A stretch of 64,000 nucleotides of DNA from an uncultured Planctomycetia bacterium (lineage in GTDB: Bacteria; Omnitrophota; Gorgyraeia; 2-02-FULL-51-18; JAGOUK01), in contig CAYSFB010000004.1 of the NCBI GenBank assembly GCA_964430735.1, forward strand, positions 104,040 through 168,039, given 5' to 3'. Shown piece after piece: positions 47,801-55,146 of the stretch (position 1 is the first letter of the stretch; the number at the start of each line of letters is the position of its first letter). The notes below the pieces were generated by a model. It searched no databases and had not been told where the DNA came from. It worked only from the letters and a program-made list of their open reading frames with translations. Position numbers and translations under genes: made by a program.

Positions 47801-50800
47801 GATCCCCACACCCATCCGTTTCCCACTCACGAGCAGCTCTTGCGCCGGAAGGACTTCGAGGGGATCAAGGCCGAGATCCGGAAGAGCCCTTGGCGCACGA
47901 TTCTTCGGGACTTTTTGAACGCGGTTCCCGGCGACGGGGAAAAGTACGTCACCATCCTCAACAACTCAAACCGCGAGCGGTACTTCACGATCGGCTGGCG
48001 GGCTCAGAACGACCGTTGGGCGATCGCGGTGCTGGACTTCAAGCCGCAGTATGGACGTGATCCGGGGGTGACCGTTCAGCTTCCCAAGAGCGATGATCAA
48101 ACCGGCTTCGACGTTCTGAATTACCGTCCCGTGGAGCTCTCAGGCGCCGAATGCCGAATTTCTAGGTGGGAACCGGGACATCCGGGTTCCCCGGCTGTCG
48201 TCGAAGTCCGGTTCAAGCCCGAAGATGAAATCAAGCCGTACCGATTTATCACCCTGACTCCGATTCATCCCGTGGCCGCCCCGCGCAGGGACGCCAAACC
48301 CTCGCTCGAGAACGCGCTGCGTCAGAATTACATCAAGGGCCGCGTACTGGAGCTGACGCATATCGTCCGCGACGCGGAATTCAAATCGATCCGCCAAAGC
48401 GCGGTATTCTTTTCCCTCCTGGACGACGACTACTTTGTAAGGGCATTTGCGGGCAATCTGCTGGCCGGCCGCGCGCGTCAGGGGTGGGTCGAAGCCGATC
48501 CGACCAAACTGCTCGCTCATCTGCGCGATCCGCTCAAGCCTCTCAAGGAACTCCGGACGCCGCGGATTCCGGGCCGTCAGGACTTCGATCCGATCCGCGC
48601 CCGCCGCAACAGCCGTTACGTCATGCTGTGGGTGCTGGCCAGAATCCTGCAGCCGGACGCCGAAGCCGTGGCCGCCACGATGGGCCGGGACTTGAAGCCG
48701 TACCAGGAGCGTGTCCGCCGGGTTCTGGATCTGCAGCTCCGGCGCGAAGCCGAGTCCTGGGGGCCGGGACATGAGGCGCGGCTGCGCGCGCTGGTCGACA
48801 AACACGACGCGGACCTGGTGCTGGGCGCTCGGCCCGTACTGCCCCCGTTGGAAGTGATGCGGCTGGTGATGCTGAGGGCGCAAAAGGTCGAAGGGTCTTT
48901 GCCGGCCGGACAGCGCGACAATTTTTATTGGGTCAAGCTTGCGGTCGAGCGTGCGTATCCGCAGCGGGAGGACGACCCCGTTTCCGATATTCTTTATGCT
49001 TCGACCGCGGATCCTGGCTCTTCCGGCGCGCGGCTGGCGGACGATCTTAAGGAGAGAGTGGAGCGGATTTTCATGGCGCGGTTGAACCGCGAGTCCGCGA
49101 TCCGGGCGGCCTGGATCCGGGCAGTGCTTTCTTTGAACCCCGCGGTGCTCTGGTTCGTTGGCGGCGTTTCGGTGACCACGATGCAGGATTACCGGGTGGT
49201 CGGAGCGTCGATCTGGGCCGTAGTTTACGGGATCTATCGAGCGAGCTTGAACCGTATCATCGAAGATCCTGTTTTTCATGCGCGTTATCTGGTGTCGCAT
49301 CCCACGGGCGGACAAGACCTGCTTCCGGAGGTGGTCAAGATCCTGGACGGCGCGCGGCTCAGTGCTTTGGATAATTTTGAATCCTTTTATCAAAAGCTTC
49401 GGGCATTGCCCCAGGACGCCACGGCGGAGCAGCTGACAGACGCGATGGATAAGGCGGCGCGGTGGACACGCGGACTGGACGGCATCTCGCTCACGGACGA
49501 CCAGCAGAGGTGGATGTTCTTAAAAGCCAAATTTCTCGCCTTGCAGGCGCAACTGATATGGGAAGCGGCGGATTTGTCTTCCGGCGGCTCGGACAAGGCG
49601 GATCGACTGGATCGTGCTGCCGAGATGTTCCGGTCGGCTGCCGAGCAGCTCGAAAAACACCGGAACCCACTCTACGCCCGCCTTTTGAACGGGTATCAGG
49701 CCGCCGCCAGTCTCGAATCCTTCGTCGCAGGTTACCAGGAGGAGTTGAAGCGGCTCGATGCGGTTGCTGTGACTCCGGAGGCGTTGTCCCGCCGTAGGCT
49801 TTTTAACGACTTCGAATCCAAGGGTCGGTGGCAGCGGGAAATGATCGAGGAGGCCGTTTGGGGAGGAATTCCATTCGTTTCCGATCAGCTTATTGTCCGC
49901 GATAGGATCGCCCGGCGCTTGCATACCGCATTCGAGACGCACCACGCTCTTAAGGCCGAATGGATTCCCAAAGCCAGAGCAGCCGTCGGGCTTCCGCCGT
50001 CCGGTCCGGATCGGATCGTCGATCTTTTGGGAGGGCGACCTGTCAGCCGCAGTATTTCGCGGGAGATGGAAGGTGCCGACCTGGTGTTTTCGTATTTCCG
50101 CAGCATGATGCGGAAAGAGCTCGTAAGCAAAGACATCCGCGATATGAAGCGTGTCCTCATCATCGGCGCGTCCCGTCGCGAGGTGATCGATTGGATCAAT
50201 GCCACGCCGGACACCACCCGGATCACAGCGGTGAACATCGACGGCCGCATGCTCGAAGAAATCGAAAGGCATTTTGTCGAGCATCAGCCCGACGCGCTCA
50301 ACCGGATCGAGATGTTTCGGGCAGACGCCACGCAGCTCGACCCCGCGTATTTCCCGGACGAAACCTACGATTTCATTTACGAGTGGTCGGTCGACCGCAG
50401 CGCCTTCCGGGAGCAGTCGGTGGCCGACCGGGTGTTACCGGCCATCCATCGGGAAGAGACGCGGGTTCTGAAAAAGGGCGGGTATTTATACAAGCTGGTT
50501 ACGGACGATGATTTGTGGGATTTTGACAACCAGCTCGACCGCATCGGCGGCCATCTGTTCATGAAGCCGGCCGCCGGCGCGCGGCTGGCGGATCGCTCCA
50601 GTGTTTTTGAGTTGAATTCCAGGGATACGGGCGAGATCAAGGGTTCGTTCAAGTGGATACAGAAGGCGGACCGGGCGCAGGGGATCATGGAAGACCATTT
50701 GGTATTTTTATGGGCCAATGAACCTTCCGGTCCGCCCGCCCGCTCCGCCGTTTACGATATTTTTGTCATTCCCGTGCGGGAGATTGCGCGCTGGAAGAGC

Positions 50801-53209
50801 ATGGACGGGATACGGGGTTCTTATCAGGGTTGGGCAAATCTTTATTTTGACGCCGACAAGCGGTTGGTGCGGAATCGCGAGGATGCCGTTTGGGGAGGCT
50901 GGGTGACCAAGCGTTCGCGTCTGCACCGATATCCCTGGATCAACGAATTCCTGGTCCGCCGGTTGACCGTGCTGGCGGGGCGTCAGTTGTCGCCGAACGC
51001 TTCGGGAATGGACGACGAAATCGACGGTTTGGACGCATGGCTGGCGTTGACGCCCGAGGAATCCCAAATTCCGATGCGGCTGGACCGGCAGGTGCAGCAA
51101 GAACGCACGGTCGCGGCGATTGAGGCCCTCGAGTCCGACGAACGGCAGCTGGAGTCGTACCCCCGGGCCAAAGCGGAGGCGATTTTCCGAGAGTTGCTGC
51201 GTCAGGTGATCCATTCCGGATCTTATGCCGGTCCCGCTCACGGGATCCCCGCTGCGGACGTTCAAAAAATATCGGAGAATTTGAACGCCGGCGCTTCCAT
51301 TCAGTCATTTTCCGAAGATCTGCTGAACGATCCGGGACTTTCCGTTCAGAGTCGCAACTTGTTCGCGGGCTATCTGATGCAATTCCGGCCGAGGGGGAAA
51401 AATCCTCTGGCGTTTGACGCCGGAAGGCCCCTGTTCCGGTACTACCTCGGGATCGAACCGGCGGCTCCTGACGTTTTTAAAGGGGTTTACCGGTATGTCC
51501 GAGTGATCGGCGCGGGAGCGGAAGGGGTGGTGTTTGAGGTCGCGGACACGCGGTCGGGCCGGACTCTTGCGCTCAAGGTGCTTGCCGGCGGGGGCGCGGG
51601 ACAGGCGGAGACGTTCGCCCGGGCGCTGTCGGGATATTCCGGCGTCGCCGAGATCGTCGAGTATGGGAGCGCCGGCAGATTTGATTACATTGTCCAGGAA
51701 CTTTTGGACGGAGCCGAGATGAGCCACCGCAGCTTTTTGAGCGACCTCGACCGGCTTTATTACAGTCCGGACGAGCGCTTGCAGGTGCTGCTCCGGCTCA
51801 TCGAAGGACTTTCTGAGTTGATGGACCGCGGGATCCTGCCCAAAGATTTTCAATTCATGAGCAAGGCTTCCGCGGGGAGCGCCGACATCAAGTTTTTTGA
51901 CAGCGGCCAATGGATGTTTTTTGGAAGCCCGCAAAGCATCCGCGATTTTGGCGACGACGATCTGGAGGTCTTCACCGCCTCGTTCACACGCTTTTTTGCC
52001 CACCTGCTGCGTTCATCCTCGCGCGATCTCATGGTTGGCCGCTCGCAGGATTCGGAAGCCCTGCGCGCTCTGGTCCTGGAATCGGACCGGATCGAGGCAA
52101 AAATAAAACCGGATGCTCCGTACGACTTCGTTCCTTACATCCGGATGGTCCGCGCGGCCGCGCAGATGACTTTGCAGAATCAGGCGGCGGAAGCTGACTT
52201 TGAAAAAGCTTACCGTAGCTTGGGGATGTACGAACAGATGCGTCTGGACCAATTCGCCGGCCGCATGTCCGACATCACCGCCGTGTTTAAAAACGTGCGC
52301 CTCTACAAGTCGGCGCGTCTCCGCACCGTTTTGGGCGCGCGGCTGGCGCAAGCGGAGGACTTCGGCATATCGGACGAGCGGTTGAGGCCATTTTTGGCGG
52401 CGGTGGCGAGGGCGAAACGTGCCGTGTTGTCGCAGGGTGCAAAAAAGTTCGTGCTCGCGGACGATGAGGGACGGCTCAAGACGATCGTGCTCGGCGCTCA
52501 GGCCGTCACGACCGACAGGATTGCGCCGTCCGAACCGGTTGAAGCGGAGTATGTGCCGCGGTTGTCGGGTGAGCAGGCGGTCGAGCGGGATGCGGAGGTC
52601 TTCGGTCTTTTGGCGGAGATCGCCGACCGCTGGGGTGTGGATCCGACGAATTTTGAGTTTCGATGGGAAGACGTGGCTTCGGGCGCGGACGCAGCGGCGT
52701 TGCCGGCTCTGAAGAAGAGCCTGATCGCGCTTCAGAAAACCGTTCGGAGCAAGGGCTGGGGCGTGTTGCGGATCGCCGGATTCTCGGAGCCGGATCCGAT
52801 CGCGGGAGCGCCCACGACTGCGTTGTGGAACCGGAAACACCCTGGTTGGATGGATGAGCGTATCCGGGCTTCCAGGGCCCATAACGTCCATCTTGCGTTC
52901 GAGCGGGAGGGGGACGAGTCCCTTCCTTATATGAGCGCGATCCTGTTCTCCGGTCTTCTGAGTCATGCGCTTCAGATCCGGGACGCGGCCGAACGCCGGG
53001 AGCGTCTCGCTTCGCTGACTCCGATTTTTAGGAGTCTCACCGGATCCATGCTGTCGTTGACCGACGAGGCGGAGCCCGGCTTCACGGTCTATGAGCCCGC
53101 CAAGTTGAGCGTCTATCCCGCCATCCAACCGCTCACACTGCGCGGATACCTCGACCTCGTCGTTTATCTCCAGAGTCTCTCCCGCGTGTCCGTTTCCGAA
53201 TCCGCGTAA
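44801..53209 (+). CDS. Giant (2802 aa) multidomain protein B: signal-anchor, TraB/Tiki-like domain, GH13-like TIM-barrel module, Rossmann MTase-like module, divergent protein-kinase-like module
   Basis: This is a single uninterrupted ORF with coding-like codon usage throughout. The N-terminus is RRRRVPLRALALVLVLALGF. The motifs LLVRDAHAN...ITGGYHTDHL are paralogous to ORF A at 1-5237. Module-level evidence is given in the findings. Confidence 0.8.
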   Translation: MLFWALLQSTSLLRTLKLRISRARRRRVPLRALALVLVLALGFEECAQAAPAVLAAAALRPAPLPDYGLPASVATVDDAFRSTDPDAPKILLVRDAHANPSGQFNLARTLDAVLERENISVVYTEGADRDVSLLYLRDLADPSALARVAREYVHRGGIKGSEYLELTGSRRFTIRGVEEERLYGKALDVYRGVSAARSDVGRFLAELRVTAEFVEDKTLPADLIAALRLRRALREKRIGWSEYLDRMVALSLKLGLTLSNLPDLEALRALRAREQELDAEAAGREWDSALARGVDPEKGSEEFPHLRRYAAYKKILSNTRFRRLTADQEALEQAVYGALAGSADELQSVRIALAIETLGAIAAMEATPDQIRRYRSDAEAHDPVRIAAWLNRRLMQLGTGHERALFMDEASTRILRQAAGFYLTADARDRVFVRRTLRRMQRDGLRTSVLITGGYHTDHLKALLRHQNISYAVITPQVIHETDKRGYERLLLGSDRSTLIPRYHDSLPAAARLPLIRSLGLDPAGVDAARLAQSSADRTPPIGTVREGLNGLMLAVNILDLGIEYRSNQPLVNRNGLKKLKELIPTLADMGIREIYVYGLAETSVLSKHIHQVPTTAQYFFHEGSASVTVAHYPTRSEKLGEVTLRDSWGNIFSINDMRRINPILSEGDAEQDLLDVTAAAQAAGITVVADMISWLSPGAINSSNYRQMFYREIPAADNERFRQVSDAEKNAWIERNILSKDLRGSFAVRVTEGGVERIVLVKHLAFHGSHSADQAIPNPLHPATLQYYLDSVKKQIDRGMSGLRVDLGHLLLKRNIRGYFDEIRHNAEASGSTMEEWLRNSGMDIRPGENYEAWWSRQPEPWRQIVDEASYYALEKNRSIHFYLETYNPVEQHELFNLGVDGAYLGKMFEANYRVAGGGSPRAFDDAVNAALYTRPRSLIYMTNFDQISEEAMGGSGRAAGMLLAILAHVGSPAIVDLRDFMFHRGHVAKIVGGTPDAKDPHTHPFPTHEQLLRRKDFEGIKAEIRKSPWRTILRDFLNAVPGDGEKYVTILNNSNRERYFTIGWRAQNDRWAIAVLDFKPQYGRDPGVTVQLPKSDDQTGFDVLNYRPVELSGAECRISRWEPGHPGSPAVVEVRFKPEDEIKPYRFITLTPIHPVAAPRRDAKPSLENALRQNYIKGRVLELTHIVRDAEFKSIRQSAVFFSLLDDDYFVRAFAGNLLAGRARQGWVEADPTKLLAHLRDPLKPLKELRTPRIPGRQDFDPIRARRNSRYVMLWVLARILQPDAEAVAATMGRDLKPYQERVRRVLDLQLRREAESWGPGHEARLRALVDKHDADLVLGARPVLPPLEVMRLVMLRAQKVEGSLPAGQRDNFYWVKLAVERAYPQREDDPVSDILYASTADPGSSGARLADDLKERVERIFMARLNRESAIRAAWIRAVLSLNPAVLWFVGGVSVTTMQDYRVVGASIWAVVYGIYRASLNRIIEDPVFHARYLVSHPTGGQDLLPEVVKILDGARLSALDNFESFYQKLRALPQDATAEQLTDAMDKAARWTRGLDGISLTDDQQRWMFLKAKFLALQAQLIWEAADLSSGGSDKADRLDRAAEMFRSAAEQLEKHRNPLYARLLNGYQAAASLESFVAGYQEELKRLDAVAVTPEALSRRRLFNDFESKGRWQREMIEEAVWGGIPFVSDQLIVRDRIARRLHTAFETHHALKAEWIPKARAAVGLPPSGPDRIVDLLGGRPVSRSISREMEGADLVFSYFRSMMRKELVSKDIRDMKRVLIIGASRREVIDWINATPDTTRITAVNIDGRMLEEIERHFVEHQPDALNRIEMFRADATQLDPAYFPDETYDFIYEWSVDRSAFREQSVADRVLPAIHREETRVLKKGGYLYKLVTDDDLWDFDNQLDRIGGHLFMKPAAGARLADRSSVFELNSRDTGEIKGSFKWIQKADRAQGIMEDHLVFLWANEPSGPPARSAVYDIFVIPVREIARWKSMDGIRGSYQGWANLYFDADKRLVRNREDAVWGGWVTKRSRLHRYPWINEFLVRRLTVLAGRQLSPNASGMDDEIDGLDAWLALTPEESQIPMRLDRQVQQERTVAAIEALESDERQLESYPRAKAEAIFRELLRQVIHSGSYAGPAHGIPAADVQKISENLNAGASIQSFSEDLLNDPGLSVQSRNLFAGYLMQFRPRGKNPLAFDAGRPLFRYYLGIEPAAPDVFKGVYRYVRVIGAGAEGVVFEVADTRSGRTLALKVLAGGGAGQAETFARALSGYSGVAEIVEYGSAGRFDYIVQELLDGAEMSHRSFLSDLDRLYYSPDERLQVLLRLIEGLSELMDRGILPKDFQFMSKASAGSADIKFFDSGQWMFFGSPQSIRDFGDDDLEVFTASFTRFFAHLLRSSSRDLMVGRSQDSEALRALVLESDRIEAKIKPDAPYDFVPYIRMVRAAAQMTLQNQAAEADFEKAYRSLGMYEQMRLDQFAGRMSDITAVFKNVRLYKSARLRTVLGARLAQAEDFGISDERLRPFLAAVARAKRAVLSQGAKKFVLADDEGRLKTIVLGAQAVTTDRIAPSEPVEAEYVPRLSGEQAVERDAEVFGLLAEIADRWGVDPTNFEFRWEDVASGADAAALPALKKSLIALQKTVRSKGWGVLRIAGFSEPDPIAGAPTTALWNRKHPGWMDERIRASRAHNVHLAFEREGDESLPYMSAILFSGLLSHALQIRDAAERRERLASLTPIFRSLTGSMLSLTDEAEPGFTVYEPAKLSVYPAIQPLTLRGYLDLVVYLQSLSRVSVSESA

Positions 53210-53215
53210 ATCCGC

Positions 53216-53244
53216 TTGACCGGTCCTGCCCAGAACAGTAACAT
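53216..53244 (+). promoter_or_regulatory. Putative sigma70 promoter upstream of marR: TTGACC, 17-nt spacer, TAACAT. It is followed by an ATCAAA-N10-ATCAAA direct repeat.
   Basis: The hexamers and spacing are good. The repeat between the promoter and the start codon is a candidate MarR operator. Confidence 0.35.
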
Positions 53245-53277
53245 ATCAAATAATTCGCTTATCAAACTATTAGACAA

Positions 53278-53745
53278 ATGCCAAATTCCTCCAAATCCCT
53301 CATCGACTTCAGCCGCCAGGTCACGGAGATCATGCCGTTCCTGCTGCGCGAATTCGTCAAACGCGAGAAAAACGAGCTGGCCACCGGCCGCATCAGCTTC
53401 CCGCAGATGGTCGCGCTAGATCTTTTGGCCCAGCGGTCCAAGGTGAAGATGTCCGAGATCGCCCACGCGCTTTCGGTCCAGCTGTCGACCGCGACGCCGC
53501 TCGTCGACCGGCTGGTCCGCGAGGGAATGGCCGCCCGCTCCCGCGACGAGAAGGACCGGCGGCTGGTCTGGGTCACGGCCACCGAAAAGGGCCGCAAAGT
53601 CGTCGCCAACATCATCCGCGAAAAAGAAGCTAGTATCCGAGCGATTTTTGGCTCCCTCACGGAAGAGGAGCGCTGCCAATACCTTTGTGTTCTTAAAAAA
53701 GTCCGCTGCCACCTGATCGGCGAGGAGCCCAAGCAATGCATATAA
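53278..53745 (+). CDS. MarR-family transcriptional regulator
   Basis: The winged-HTH region reads ISFPQMVALDLLAQRSKVKMSEIAHALSVQLSTATPLVDRLVREGMAARSRDEKDRRLVWVTATEKGRKVV. Confidence 0.8.
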   Translation: MPNSSKSLIDFSRQVTEIMPFLLREFVKREKNELATGRISFPQMVALDLLAQRSKVKMSEIAHALSVQLSTATPLVDRLVREGMAARSRDEKDRRLVWVTATEKGRKVVANIIREKEASIRAIFGSLTEEERCQYLCVLKKVRCHLIGEEPKQCI

Positions 53746-55115
53746 ACTTTTTCACCGCGAAGCGCGTGTCTGCTGCGGCTTTATTGACCGTTTTTGCGAC
53801 GTCGTTCTGCGCGCCGTCCGCCTCGGCTTTTATCTGGCCGTTCAACGCCAAAAAACAGGAGCCTGCCGCCGCGTCCCAGCCTGAGACGTCCGCCCTGAGT
53901 CTCCGCCGCGCGTTCGAGCTCGCGCTCGCCAACGCCGAAGTGATCGCGATCGAGCAGGAGAAACTCAAAGAGGTGGAAGCGCGTTTTTATACGGCGCTGG
54001 ACGAAGTGACGCCGGACGTCAGCTTCCTGCTTTCTGAATTCTGGCAGGATGCCCCGAAAAAGGGCGAGGAGAGCAGCAGTTCTTCCTCCGACGGCGCCAG
54101 CAGCAACCTGTCCCGCCGCACCAAACCCGAGGGCAAGTTCACGTTCAATCAATCGCTCTTCAAGGGCTTTAAAGAAATCGCCGCGATCAACGCTTCGGGC
54201 GCGGACAAGAAACGTCAGGCCGCGCTGCTGCGCAAGGCCAAGCTCCTGCTGTTCGTCGAAGTGTCCGACGCGTTCTACAACCTGCAGGAAGCGCGCCAGA
54301 ATCTCCTGATCCTTGAAGAAATGCGCAGCACCCTCAACCGCCGCGTGAAGGACCTGGACGAGCGTGTGAAGCTCGGCCGCTCGCGCCAGAGCGAAGCGGA
54401 GACTTCCAAGGCCGACCTGCGGCTCATCGAAGCCGACGCCGCGGAAGAAAAGCGCCTCGAGAACGTGTCGCGCCAGCTTCTGGAGTTTTACACGGGCCTC
54501 GAGCGTATCGACCAGCTGGATACGGAATTTCCGGACCTCAACATCGCGTCCGACCCGGCGGAATACGTCCAGAAGTCGCAGACGCGCGCCGACGTCGTGG
54601 CCGCGGAGGAGTTTTTTAAACTCTCGCGCGAGGACGTGACGGCCGCCCGGTCGGAGTTCCTGCCCTCGGCGAGCGTGGGCGGAAACTATTACACGCGCCG
54701 TGTGGGCTTCCAGTCCGGCACGGACTGGGACATGACCTGGCAGCTGGACGTTCCCGTATTCGAGGGAACCGGCCCGATCGGCGAGCTCAAGGCCGCCGAG
54801 GCCCGCCGCCGCCAGGCGGAGCTCGAGTACCAGCGCACCGAGCGTTACGCCCGGACCGAGATCCGCAACGCGTACGAGGAGCTGACCGCCTGGATCACGC
54901 AGGAAAAAGCGCTGCGCGAAGCCCGCGACGCTTCCAAAGAGAATTACCGCATTCAGAACGAAGAGTACGGCCTGAGTCTCGTGAACAACCTGCAGGTGCT
55001 CGACGCCTTCCGCCAGTATCAGGAAGTCGCGCTGCGCTGGAGCCGGGCGTACCACGAAGTGAAGCGGAAATATTGGGAATTCCGCGCGGCCCAAGGCGAA
55101 TCCATCCTTCAGTAA
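53736..55115 (+). CDS. TolC-family outer membrane efflux protein
   Basis: There is a signal peptide. The two-repeat OEP architecture with coiled-coil segments is present, along with LSLRRAFELALANAEVIAIEQ and the C-terminal SLVNNLQVLDAFRQYQEVALRW. Confidence 0.8.
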   Translation: MHINFFTAKRVSAAALLTVFATSFCAPSASAFIWPFNAKKQEPAAASQPETSALSLRRAFELALANAEVIAIEQEKLKEVEARFYTALDEVTPDVSFLLSEFWQDAPKKGEESSSSSSDGASSNLSRRTKPEGKFTFNQSLFKGFKEIAAINASGADKKRQAALLRKAKLLLFVEVSDAFYNLQEARQNLLILEEMRSTLNRRVKDLDERVKLGRSRQSEAETSKADLRLIEADAAEEKRLENVSRQLLEFYTGLERIDQLDTEFPDLNIASDPAEYVQKSQTRADVVAAEEFFKLSREDVTAARSEFLPSASVGGNYYTRRVGFQSGTDWDMTWQLDVPVFEGTGPIGELKAAEARRRQAELEYQRTERYARTEIRNAYEELTAWITQEKALREARDASKENYRIQNEEYGLSLVNNLQVLDAFRQYQEVALRWSRAYHEVKRKYWEFRAAQGESILQ

Positions 55116-55146
55116 AAAACTTTTTCACCAACCACGGACGGCATTC

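Noticed and set aside
44846-49393. Minus-strand ORFs of 517, 436 and 417 aa inside giant ORF B
   Set aside because: They tile the antisense strand of one continuous plus-strand ORF that has recognisable domains. Their composition (Arg/Pro/Gly-rich) is typical of wrong-frame high-GC translation.
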